The notes beneath the pieces are model-generated. The model did not search any database, had not been told where the DNA came from, and was given only the letters and a program-made list of their open reading frames with translations. The position numbers and the translations under genes were made by a program. 64,000 nucleotides of DNA, from NCBI RefSeq assembly GCF_018977255.1, contig NW_024704742.1:91328001-91392000 (forward strand). The letters are read 5' to 3'. This DNA comes from Callorhinchus milii (taxonomy: Eukaryota). Positions 33,573-46,098 of the stretch are shown in pieces. Each line of letters opens with the position of its first letter. The stretch's first letter is position 1.

Positions 33573-36500
33573 CAGTCACTACACTTTTTAGTAAAATTAG
33601 TAACAGTAACAGAAAGGTGAGATTAGAAAGATACTCAGGAGTTTGTCTTGGACTAACTTCGGGAGTCGGTGAGAGATTCAATAGGAATCAATTAGGAGTA
33701 AGGTCCCTGGCAGGTAGGACACACAGGTTGAGTGTGTGTGTTTTATGCAGGTAGTGGGCTTGATGCCAGGTTTGGCACAAGGCCAGGTATGTCCCACCTG
33801 CTCTTCAGATGAGATATTACCTCATCTGCCTATTCTTTCGGATGTTTGGCACTATTCAAAAAACTGCAGGGAGTTTCTCCCAGTATCCTAGCCAACAATC
33901 CCCAAAATAAAATTGGCTCCATGGCTGTGGGACAGCGCTTTGTGCAAATTGACTGCTGTGTTTGCTCACAAAACACACAGTCATTCCAATTTACAATATA
34001 TTTTGTGAAGTGCTTTGGGATATCCTCCTGGTGTGAAAGGCACTATGCAAAATGCAAGGATTATCATAATTATTATTGAACATCAGTCCTAATTGATTCT
34101 CAATTTTTTTTGGTCCTCTATGCTTCTCCCCTCCTCTTCCAACTCATACTGTAATTCAGTTCTATGGATGCTGGTTGACCTCAGATACGTCACCCAAGTG
34201 TCCGTTCTTCACATGGGAGACTCAACAGTTATGCCTGTTACGCTCTTGATCCTACGTCCACACACACACACGTGAATTTCCAGAAGAAATTTCTGGTAAT
34301 GATTAGCAGCTGGAATCCTGGGTGATTTTTAACTCTCTAATCCATGACCATTGAGACCCACCAACTGAAGGCCCCTATTACTGCCCCAGATAAGATCAAC
34401 TAACTCAGCAGAGATTAGGTATCAAACCTGGAATGCACTGGATCTGTTTGGTTCAGTCTCTCACCAATCAGTCAATAAATGACTTTGCCACTGGGTGAGA
34501 ACTGTGTGGAACTTTTTAGTCTGTCAGATGACTTATTCCAATGCAGGCCCTTTATAAGGTCTAAATCGCTGCACAACGGGTACAATTAGCAGCAAGCATT
34601 ATTCCTCAAGTTCCCACTGGATGCATTAAACTATTCAATGAAACATGGGACCTCAGTCTCAATGGACATAAGTGAAAGAAAGCTGGAAGGAAGATTGTTA
34701 GGTGCCATTGAAAAGAACATCATAATCACAAAAAGTTCATATAATATCAAATAATGCATTAGTAGGTTACAATGCAGTATTCACTTCCAAGGATTGTGGT
34801 ACTTTCGCATCTCCTTGTATAAGCCAGAACATTGTAATACTCATGTTTTACTTGATTAAAACCCAGGGATAAATAAATACACAATCCTTGAAAATTAAAT
34901 AAAAATTAAAAATTAAATATTAAAAATTAAATACCTCAAGATGTGCTACTTTACCTGAAACATTCAGACTAACAAAGCAAGCAAGGTTAAGGGTCACCCA
35001 TGCAGTACAATGTAATATGCTTGACTTTTCCATGTCACACCTCATGCTACCTTGTTGGGCTGCTACAAATAGATGGTTGAGCTCCAGAACACTTATAGAG
35101 TTTTGCTGTCAAGAGATGCATTAGATTTCTAGTATGTGGCATTAAGTCATATGAAATTGTCCATGCTATGAATAATATTACATTGATGTCAACAGTCTCC
35201 ACAAGGGAATGTAATTATCCAGCTGAGTAACACAGAGGTAAAGCTTTTATGTCAGTCACTTGAGCAAAAAATTACATTGCATACACTGTAGCTCTTCAAA
35301 GACTCCATCAATAAGCATCACCAGAAATTTTGAAAGAAAGCAATGCCAGAGAATCCACAGCAGCTGGATCTGAAAGAAAAAGACCAATTACCTTTTGGAT
35401 GATAATTTATTGTGATGAATGGCACATTAAATTGCAGATGTGCTAAATAAATTCTTTCTAAGGCTCACTGGTAAAATTGGCGATCCTCTCACCTATTACC
35501 TCAAGCTTCGGGTTCACTCCTCTTTGCATATGTTCTTGAGTTTCTTTGCTATTAACCTGCCATTGTTGTTCATTTTAAGCTTCAAATACACATTCTTCCT
35601 CCTCACAGTCTCCTAACTGTGTTGAAATGAAAGCTCATCACACTGCATCCGTTGCTAGCTCATTCCATCCTGGGACTTCAAGACTGGAACTTGTTTGCCC
35701 TCTTCTCTTCCTCTGATAATCTACAGGCTCTTAAAATCCAAACTTGGGATAACTTAACCATACATTCTTGACTTATCTCATTTCTCTCTCCTACTCCTTT
35801 CAACCTCAGTGCCTTCCTGCACTATGGATCTTGAACTTTCACTTTGTTGTTAAAAAAATGAATGTCCCATCCTGAGAATTTTTTCCCCTTGGTTTTGGTT
35901 TCTTCCATTTCATAGGTCAACAACAACAACTTGCACTTATATAGCGCCCTCTGCAGGGTAGCGCCTCAGAGTGCTTAACAGTGGCGGAGCCTGACTTCGA
36001 GCTGGGGGGGTCGGGGAGGGGAAAAGGAGGTTCATTACCAACTATCAGTGTCCCTCCTTTGGATGAGATTTTATATCGAGGTTCCCACCTGTTTAGGTGG
36101 ATGTTAAAGATCCCATGGCACTATTTGAAAACAGAAGGGAGTGGTGTCCTGGCCAAGAATCCCCCAAATAAAATTGGTCATTCGTTTTATGGCTGTTTGT
36201 GGTACATTGCTATGGCACTCACACCCCTATCCACATCATCAGTGGGTGGATTATCAGCCTCTCTCCTCTCTAGAACTCCATCCCAGAGTTCCTCTGACTT
36301 GCTCTCTCCCACACCTTGTTCAAGGTCCGTCTCAAGACCTATCTCTTTGCCACTGTAATCCTTTCCCTCCCCATCCCCCTTGGCTCCCACCTCCAGCTCA
36401 GTTGCCAAGCTTCGGTGAAAGGCACTATATAAATGTAAATTAGTATTGAATTGTGTAACATTTGTGTTCAATGGATTACTTCTGTCTTACTTACGGTCTG

Positions 36501-37845
36501 TAACTAAACGTATTTTATCCAATGCCTTGGGACATCCTCCTGACGTGAAAGGTGCTATAGAAATGTAATTTGTTGTTGTTATTTTGTTTTAATTGGCAAA
36601 TGCTTTTGTTAAATTGTAAAACTTTCATCTTCTGAAAGAGACTTAGTGTAGCAGGAGATTAAGCATACTAATTATAAAGGATTAATTGATAAGGCACGCT
36701 ACATAAATAGGCGAATACTACAAAGATGGCATTCTAGTTCACAGCAGGCAAGGAATGCTGATATGAATTGTGTACAAGCTCAAAAACAAGTGAAGATTTG
36801 AACACCTTTTCAGATTATAACATCCTACATTAATGGCTGATTGGATCAAACTGCAGTATTGAAGAATCAATCCATCATTATTTACTATCCTCCAGCATTG
36901 CACACCAATATAAAAATTGGGAGTGGGGAGGATATGTTTTCTTCAGCTGCCAGTGAATTACAGGCATCAAGGTTACTGTTCTAAGAAGAAAAATGTGAGA
37001 AGGAAATCTGTTCTACAGATTAAAATAATAGGGGTTGATATGTGAGCACAATATTCATTATAAACGAATACAATGAGGTTTGAGCACATTTGCAATACTT
37101 ATTAATAAATAAACACTGTTGTCTGAGATATAGTAACAATATTGGCAGCAGTGAGTGGTGCATGCAATACTCATAGTGCATTGTGTAATCAGAACTTGTG
37201 ATCAACACTTCCGATTGTTATTCAGTTCTTGTTAGATGGGGGAGTCTTGATTTTGTTCCATTATTTTACTGGGCTTTATTAATAATTATTAATAATGATG
37301 CTTACATTTGATATAGCGCTTTTCACATCAGGAGGATGTCTCAAAGCACTTCACAGGATATCCAGTAAAGTGTAGTGGCTGTGTATTTTGTGAGCCAACA
37401 AAATGAAAAAAAATTGGAAAGAAACTGGAAGAGGAAAATGGATTTGTATTTGAGAGCAATAAGGAACATATTTTAATCCATTTTAAAAAAATGAGTAAAG
37501 CTCGAGTAGCTATTATGACCACACTAAATTTGTCTGACTGCCCACAATAACTTTGCTTTGCTTTGAACAATTTGAACAGACTACAGCTGAATTTTATTTA
37601 CAAATCTCAGAAGCAATCTAAATGTGACAGTCAGGACCCCAAGCCAACTCAAACTAGACCTATTTATTTTCTGAGGTCTGTCTGCCACATGTTTTTTATA
37701 ATTTTTGTTTTGGTACAACTATTGTTCCCGTGGTGTGTGATGATGTCTCACCCATTTCCTGTAGCTGCCTGTGTTGGAGCTGGTCACATTTCTCTACCCT
37801 CATCTCTCTCAGTTCAGTTTTCTGGAGTGGGAATCAGATTCTTAT

Positions 37846-37972
37846 CAGCAATTGGCTGCCGCGTTCGCCCACAAATATACAGTCAATTCACTTTACAGTG
37901 TGTTCTGTGAAGCGCTTTGGGACGTCCTCCCGACGTGAAAAGCGCTATATCAAATGCAAGGATTATTATTAT
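37846..37972 (+). mobile_element. SINE 3' fragment with L2-family-A loop
   Basis: gcgctttgggacgtcctcccgacgtgaaaagcgctatatcaaatgcaaggattattattatt. Confidence 0.88.
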
Positions 37973-38524
37973 TCTTGTGTTCGGGCACAGACTGAGCACT
38001 TGGAGTGAGTGTTTGAGCCATGTTTGTCTGTCTCTATATGCATGCGTGTGGGAGAGACAGCTTGCACCCTTGATCTAGCCAGATGCTGGTAAGTGCCCAG
38101 TTCTGATGGACTGTGATCCATTAACAGTCATAGCTAATTTAAAGTGATTTGATCAGAGACTGGCACAAATCATTGCAGACTAGATTATTGTACAGTCTTT
38201 GCTGCTCAGCTTTTGGCGTCTTTCTTGTTTCAGGCGAATGCCCCTGTCAGTGAAGTGAGTGATGATTACAATGTGCATGCACAATACTGTGCCATCTCTG
38301 GACATCTTACAACTTTTAAATAGCAGCTTCAGGAAGCTTAACAAGTTGCTTCAGGGATGTGACAGAGTGCATAGAGATGCATTCAGCCCCACCCAGCACT
38401 TTAACATCTGTTCCAATGCAATTACTCCCAGCACGTGCACACTTGCCTATAACCATGCACATGCGAGGCAGCGGAAGGGAAGTTTTACAGTTAAACTGTG
38501 GTTAGGTTCTGTATCACCACTCCC

Positions 38525-38915
38525 ATTATAATCCCTTGTATTTAATATAGTGCCTGTGATGTTGATTGTCTGAAAGCACATCACAACATTTCTGTAATAC
38601 GTAGTGTACTGTGTATTTGGGGGTGAACGTGCCAGATAGTTTGTGCATAGCAATGTCCCACAAACAATAGTGAAGTAAATGAACATTTTTTTTTCTGGAG
38701 CATTATTGGTCAGGACACTGAGAGAAACTCCCTTCTCTTTTCGAATAGTGTCATGGGTCCTTAATGTCCACCTGAACAGGCCCACTGAGCTTTGGATTAA
38801 GATCTCCTGTGAAGGTACCTCTTATAATACAGAGCATCCCCAACACTAGAATGTTAGCCTAGACTTTGAGCTCAGACCTAAACCCAGAGGTTAGAGTTAA
38901 CTGAACTACGCTGAC
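38525..38915 (-). mobile_element. Deu-domain SINE
   Basis: Reverse strand cctgttcaggtggacattaaggacccatgacactattcgaaaagagaagggagtttctc plus tail. Confidence 0.8.
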
Positions 38916-39323
38916 ACCAAATTCATATATTGTCAGCTGTCCTCAATCATTGAACACCTCTTTGGGCAGTAGGAGCAGTGAGGTCTCTCGATTTGAGTAC
39001 CATATAGTACCATACTCAATTTGAGTACCACCACATTAGAAAACAATCCATAAAGAATATATTACCGTATTGTTAAAATGCATCCCATGCTAATGCATTC
39101 TTCGATGCAGTTAATAAAATGTAAATCAGAAAAATCAGGAAAATAGTATCTCTAATATTGCAAACTGTTTCACTATAAGATAAATTTTGTGAAAGCCCTT
39201 ACCCAGCCTTATTGATAAAATAAAGCAAGTGATTAAATAAATTAAGTATTCACTCAAGTTAATTACGCTGAAAGTTTAAATTTTGTGAGAAGCACAAAAT
39301 TAACTTAAAATTTAAAAACATGA

Positions 39324-40321
39324 TTGGTGACATCATCCACAGACATGGGGTCAACTTCCACATGTATGCGGATAACACCAAACTCTATCTTTCTGCCTCG
39401 ACCCTCAACTCCACGGCCACTGCTGTCCTGACAGACTGCCTGTTGGACATCAAGTCCTGGATGAGGGCAAATTTTTCACAGTTGAATGTGAACAAGACTG
39501 AGGCCCTCCTGATTGGCTCGCGCCAGCGCCTCTGCACCTCAGGCTCTGGCAGCGTCAACCTCCATGGTTGCACACTTCAACTCACCAAACCAGTCAGGAA
39601 CCCAGGTGTCGTGTTCGACCCTCAACTGTCTTTTCTCCCCCACATTCAAGCCATGACCTGCACTACCTTCTCTCACCCCCGTAACATTGCCCAACTCCCC
39701 CACTACCTCACCCCTCAGGCCGCTGAAACTCTTGTTCATGTCTTCATCACCTTCAGGCTCGATTATACAAATGCCCTGCTTGTCAGCCTTCCCAACTCCT
39801 CCCTCCACAGGCTGCAGATAATCCAGAACTCTGCAGCCGCGTCCTCTCCTGCACCAAACTCTGACCCCATCTTCCACACTCTCGCCCGACTCCATTGGCT
39901 CCCTATCCCTCAGAGGATCCAGTTCAAGAGCCTGGTCCTCACATCAAAGCCCTCCATGGCCTCGCCCCACCCTACCTCTGTGACCTCCTAACCCCCTACC
40001 AACCCGCCCGCTCCCTCCACTCAGCCGGCTCCGGCCGCTCCACGTCCCCCGACTCACCCGCCCCACCATTGCCGGGAGAGCCTTCAGCCACTCTGCCCTC
40101 AACCTCTGGAATTCCATCCTCCAGTCACTCTCCCTCGCCCCCTCCTTAGCCTCCTTCAAGTCCCGCCTCAAAACCCTCCTCTTCGACCATGTCATCGGTC
40201 ACCCCCCTTCCCCCCCACCCCCCGACCCCAGCTCTGGTCTGAAATGCTGTACTCTGTCCAGTGCCTTGGGAAGTCCTCCCGATGTGAAAGGCGCTATACA
40301 AATGTAATCTTGTTGTTGTTG
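39324..40321 (+). mobile_element. 5'-truncated L2 (family A)
   Basis: [61 protein letters not shown]; stem-loop and (GTT)n tail. Confidence 0.95.
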
Positions 40322-41292
40322 ATGAAATGTGTGAGAAGTGCAGTTAATTCACTTGCTGGGAACAGCAGGGGTGCGCTGTACCAGTTTATTAGTGCATATC
40401 AGCTCATTTATCCAAACCCATTTCCTTACCTACTCTAGATGTCCCCTAATTCTCTTCACTCGCCAAGTACGGTTTGTTATAATTGCGATACCAAATGCAA
40501 GGATTATTATTACAGCGACTCTCTATCACCCTCTTAAACACCACAATTATAACGACAATAGTCTTTGCATTTGTGATGAAATATCTTGAAGCAGTTCACA
40601 AGATTTATTGTAACATTTTTGTGGGGGTGATCAGTCGGTTGGCTAACACATACGGAAAAACCCATCACAATTGCTTAACAGTATCCAAACCAGACTGAGA
40701 GTCCTACGCATGTGTGCCACCTACTCATGTAAGTTTCCATGAGTCTGTAAAGTGTAGTGACTGCCTACTTTGTACGTTCAATTTTGTAAGCGCTCAGAGC
40801 CGTCCAGCACGAAGTGCGCTATACAAATGCAATTTGTTGTTGTTGTGCACATCGCAGGCAGTTGGTGATTCTGCATCTACAGCAACTGTTGGGACCAGTT
40901 CAGTCCACTCTCACAGCCTTTTTGCGTCAGTAAAAAAAAATAATTCTGGATTCACATTTTTTTTAAAAAAAACCGAAAGCAACATTTATCAAATGTTTCT
41001 CCAGTCCGAGCAGAAAGAGAGAGGGGGGGAGAGAGAGTTGCACACTGTAGAGGGGAGGGAACAATCCCTCGAGGTTTAATAGGATGCTTATCACCTGGGC
41101 TGTGTGTGCATTGCTGGGGTGTGCAGCGCCACTGCTGTGTGGTGTCTGTCTGGAGAGAGGGAGAGAGGGAGAGACCCACACACTGTGCAGGAGAGGAGGC
41201 ACTCAGTCAGTCAGTCACAGTCACACAGACAAGTCACTCAGATCACGATCCTGGGCAGAGAGCAGCAGAGAGATCCCCGCTTCAGGCTGTCA

Positions 41293-41350
41293 GGGGGGGG
41301 TCTGGGTCTGGGTGGGGGGGTCTGGGTGGGGGTGGGGGGGTCTGGGGGGT
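41293..41350 (+). repeat. G-run tract (G-quadruplex-forming potential)
   Basis: Eight runs of 3 or more G separated by t or tct spacers. Confidence 0.8.
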
Positions 41351-41718
41351 GATGTGTGCTGTATGAACCTCCTGTATCCACAGACACCAGTTGTGTGAGG
41401 GGCAGAGTTGAGCTGTGCTGTGCTGTGCTGTGGCTGTGGCTGGAGCCCCGCTGGTCGGCATGAGCTGCTCTCACACCACAGCCCCACTACATACAGCAAT
41501 GTGAGAGTGCGGGGAGGCTGCTCCTGGGTACCTGCAGATACATACAATATATAATATGTCTGTGTTATTTTAAACAATATGTTTACTGGGTGATGTATGC
41601 ATTGCCCTATGATCAGACAGACAGACAGACAGCAGCAGTCAGGCTCTGTCTGCCTTTAGCAGCCGCGCCCGTCTCTCTCTCTCTCTCCCTCTCTCACTCT
41701 CTGAGCTTTATTTTGCAG

Positions 41719-41916
41719 TGTTTATTTTCGCTAATCGCAGAAGGGCAGTTTGTGAGGGAATTACATTGTTGTTAATCCTTATCGGGAAATCATTAGGAAG
41801 TCCGTGGAGTCGGTGGAGATCGTTTATGTGGGCGAATTGCACAGAAGCCCAAGAAAGTCACTGGTCACCTCAACAGCACTGATCAGTTTCACTGACCAAA
41901 GCCACAGGAGCAGGAG
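41719..41916 (+). other. Candidate non-coding (5' UTR) exon of an unidentified + strand gene
   Basis: CT-rich tract then ttattttgcag| acceptor and strong donor GAG|GTAAGC. The context is transposon-free and promoter-like. No long ORF, only an 18-codon uORF-like frame MWANCTEAQESHWSPQQH. Confidence 0.4.
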
Positions 41917-43296
41917 GTAAGCAACCAAACACGATCATCATTTTATTCTATTGCTGTGTAACTCGCCCCCACTACTACTTCACATCAGCTTCAGAACTGC
42001 AAATGAAGCTTTTTCTGCACTCCTATTGCCCCCAACTCTCCCCCCCCCCCCCCCCCACCCCCACACCACCCCTTCAAAAAAGTTTGGGCATTTGCTGAAA
42101 GCCACATGTGAGAGTTTCTGGCTCCATCTGTCCATGTGTTATGTAAACCAACTTAATGCCTTGTTTGTTTGGGAGGCATAAAAGAAACCCATGAGAGTAG
42201 TTTTTTAAAAAAAAAAACTGGTGGAGAAACAATGATCTGAATGGAAGAACACAGCGGGTTAAGTGATCCAATAAATAACAATTCTTGCATTTGATATAGC
42301 ACCTTATCACATCATTGAGACGTCTCAAAGCGCTTCATATATTTTAAAGTGTATTGACTGTATTTTGTGGGCGAATATTGTATTAGTGAAACAAGGCGAG
42401 GGAAGGCAACACCCAAGAGATATACAGTATTTTTAGTCGGCTGCATTCAGCATTTGCTTTTGTTTTTATCTTTTGTGTTGTAACATTTTTGCTTTTCCTT
42501 GGGAATGACATCAAAGGAGCTCCTTTTTTCATTCGGTTTATTTGACCAGAATGTGATTTGACTGAACGGGTGCAAATTAAGCAACTGAGTTACTTCTGGG
42601 TAGATGATTTTTTGCGGGGAGTTTAGTGAGAGGTGAGGCACACTGCATTTCAGTCCAGCAGTTTTCTCCAAACATGGTTTGGCGTTGTGCCAGCAAACCC
42701 TAGAACCAGTTATTTTCTTTTCATTGTAAACTTGTTCTCTCTAACGCCACGAAATACAGTCAATCCACAGTATATGCTGTGAAGCATTTCAAGATGTCTT
42801 GACAATGTGATACGATGCTATATCAATGCAAAGATTATGTTATTATATCATGCCGCTGAAGGTAACTTTAGAAAATCTCAGTCTCTGTTCGAACCCGGAT
42901 AAAACGTGAATCCTCTTGTGTGCTTCCATATCACTCAATGCACCAGCAGATTTGGTCTTTTGAACTGCCTGTCTCGTCTGGGCATGGAATGTAGTTGATG
43001 AACCAGTATTGCTGATTCAGCATAATATCCTAGTTCCCCCGAGGTGACTGATTCATGGTGCTTTCTCATACCTTCCTCGAGTGGCCATTCTTCAAGTGTG
43101 ATCCCAGTCATTGAGAGGCACTGGGCTACTCAGTAGGGATAGCGTTTGAGGGGTGGGGTTGGGTGGTGGGGGAAAGATTACAGTAAAGTACAATTTCCTG
43201 TCCTCATTCCAGAAAGACAATTCTCTCACTGCTAACTGTCCATCTTGATGTAGGCTTTCCCCACTATAAATATATATTTTTTTAAGAACTGCTAGT

Positions 43297-43870
43297 ACGA
43301 CAACAAAAATTTCATTTATACAGCGCATTTCATGTCAGGAGTACATACAAGGCAATGGACAGTGGAGGGTTTGCACCCAAGCTGGGTGTTGGATTTGAGA
43401 GGGTTGGGTGCTAAGGGGGGTGTAGGGGGAAGATGACTAAAGAGGTCAAAGAGGAAAGTCTCTAGATCACTGGGGCCAACCCTTATGGTCCCCCAGCAAA
43501 ATACATTTTCTTGATTGAATATTTCTTGATTTCTGCTGTAATTGAAGAAATATTTGATCAAGAAAAAAATGAAAATACACTACCGATCGAACACAGACTT
43601 ACTCGTGTGAATGTTCGGGGGGGCTGCTTCTTGATGGGACTGCAGGCCATTTCTGGCCCGTGGGCCACAGGTTGACCACCACTGCTCTAGATGGGAAGGG
43701 ACTCTGGAATGGAGTTTCAGAAAATGGGGGCAGAAAGGCTAAAATTCTGACCACCCTTGATGGGGCCGGCAAGGTGGAAGACATAAAGCAGGCCAATACC
43801 TTCCAAATGGAGGGAGCAGGCAGATTGGTAGGATTTAAGACAGTTACAGGGGTAAAGTCTGGCAAGATGT
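43297..43870 (-). mobile_element. Old L2 3' fragment split by a hAT MITE
   Basis: Degenerate tail at 43297-43350; reverse translation LAFLPPFSETPFQSPF continues after the MITE. Confidence 0.7.
43468..43684. mobile_element. hAT (Charlie-type) MITE
   Basis: Perfect 8-bp TSD CTCTAGAT (43460-43467/43685-43692), fitting the NTCTAGAN target. Imperfect TIRs cactggggccaacc / ggttgaccaccactg and a ggcccgtgggcc subterminal motif. Confidence 0.88.
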
Positions 43871-44402
43871 GGAAAGAACAGAACTGGCCGCTCTCAGCAT
43901 CTCAGGTTGAAATACTATATTGTTTTCTTTTACCCCTCTCTAAACCCTGCAGTACCCCCACTACAAAACCATCTGGAATCAACTAACATAGCCCAAAATT
44001 CAAAGTGGGTATTTTTTCAATATATCAGATGTGTGGCTCAGTACAACACCACTGAGCCTGGGGGGAAATTTTATTAAAATAATGGTTTCTCTTTAATATT
44101 GTTTTATTTCCTGGCTTAATACTTTTCTAGCAGAGCTTGCATGACATTTGCAGTACTCTATGTTAACAGTCTTATCTGATTATACAAAATCAATTGGATT
44201 CGCATAGGACACATTATTATACAGAAAAGGCCTTTTCTTTAGAATCTCTTATGATTTCAATGTCCTGCTTAACAGAATGTTGCTTTATTTTTTAAAAAAG
44301 AATAACAGCTTTATTTATTTACTAAGGAGTTTGTGAGCATGCCTGGGTCCAGAAATAGCATTTGTGATACATGTGCATGAAACATAGAAATCTACAGTGT
44401 AG

Positions 44403-46098
44403 AACAACAACAAAAAATTACATTTATGTAGCGCCTTTCATGTCAGAAGGACGTCCCAAGGCGCTGGCGGAGGGAACGAACAGGATGGTAGGGGGTTAGG
44501 AGGTCAGGGAGGTAGGGGGGAGCAAGACCATGGAGGGCTTTGAAGGTGAGGACCAGTATCTTGAACTGTATCCTCTGTGTGATGGGAAGCCAGTGGAGTT
44601 GGGCAAGATGGGGGTGATAGGGTCACAGAGCCTAGTGCAGGAGAGGACACGGGCTGCAGCATTCTGGATGATCTGCAGCCTGTGGAGGGAGGAGTTGAGG
44701 AGGCCGACAAGCAGTGGGTTTGCATAGTCGAACCTCGATGTAATGAAGGCATGTATGAAGGTTTCAGCGGCCTGCAGTGTTAAAGAGTGTCGGAGCCGGG
44801 CGACATTGCAGAGGTGGGGGAAGGCAGAGCGGGTAATGGTGTGAATGTGGGGTAGAAAGGATAGTTGAGCGTCGAACAAGACCCCAAGGTTCTGGATTGT
44901 CTAAGCAAGGTTGAGTGTGCAACCATGGATGGTGATGCTGTCAGCGCCTGAGGTGAGTAAGTTTTGATGGGAGCCAATCAGGAGAGCCTCGGTCTTGTTG
45001 ATGTTCAACTGAAGAAAGTTAGCTCTCTTCCAGGACGATGTCAGGACAGCAGTGGTCCTGGAGTCAAGGGTGGAGGCAGAGAGGTAGAGTTGGGTGTCAT
45101 CCAAATACATGTGGAAGTTGACCCCATGTCTGCAGATGATGTCACCAAGGGGGAGCATATAGATATTGAAGAGGAGGGGACCAAGGACAGAGCCCTGAGG
45201 AACGCCAAACGACATGGTCCGGGGGCTAGAGGAGAAGCCATTTGAGGAGATGAAGTGCAGGTGGTGTGAGAGGTACGATCTGAACCAATCAAGGACAGCG
45301 CCATGGAGGTTGAGGTGAGAGGAGAGGCGGTGGAGGAGGATAGAATGGTCGACGGTGTGGAAAGCAGCAGAGAGGTCAAGGAGGACGAGGAGGCAGAGGG
45401 AGCCCTGGTCGCAGATGGACAGAATGTCATTTGTCACTTTGACCAGGGTGGTTTCTGTGCTGTGAGTGGCACGGAAGCCCGATTGGAGGAGTTCAAGAAG
45501 GGAGTGGTGGGAGAGGAAAGAGTGAGGCTGAGAAGAAACAACTCGTTCCAGGACCTTGGAGAGGAAGGGAGTCCTGTAGCTCAGTGGCTAGAGTCCTGAG
45601 TTCAATTCCAGGCAGGGCGAAACCTTGGGCAAGTTTCCTTACTCCACACACCTAATAATAATCCCTCCAAAACCAAAATACAATAATAAATTGGTCATTT
45701 TCAATCTACGACTGTTTGTGGGACATTGCTGTGCGCAACTGGCTGCCGCGTTCGCCCACAAATATACAGTCAATTCACTTCACAGTGTGTTCTGTGAAGC
45801 GCTTTGGGATGTCCTCCCAACGTGAAAAGCACTATATCAAATGCAAGGATTATTATTAAGCGGAGGTTGGAGATGGGGTGGTAGTTTGGGAGTAGGAAAG
45901 GGTCCAGGGAGGGTTTTTTTTAAGGATAGGAGTGATGACAGCGGTTTTTAACGGGGCGGGAACAATACCAGCGGACAGGGAAAGGTTTATGATGTCAGTG
46001 AGTAGAGGGGCAAGGAAGTGGAACTGGGAGGTAAGGAGGGGGGGTAGGGATGGGATTCAGAGAGCAGGTGGTGGGCTTCATACGGATTGTGGTGGTGA
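44403..46098 (-). mobile_element. L2 (family A) ORF2 fragment with deletions
   Basis: LVLLDLSAAFHTVDHSILL..GVPQGSVLGPLLFNIYM..FHMYLDDTQLY; tail and stem-loop at 44403-44465. Confidence 0.95.
45568..45857 (+). mobile_element. tRNA-derived SINE, short form, inserted in the L2
   Basis: Head GGAGTCCTGTAGCTCAGTGG (anticodon arm deleted), gagttcaattcc B box and shared tail. The L2 text resumes directly afterwards. Confidence 0.92.
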
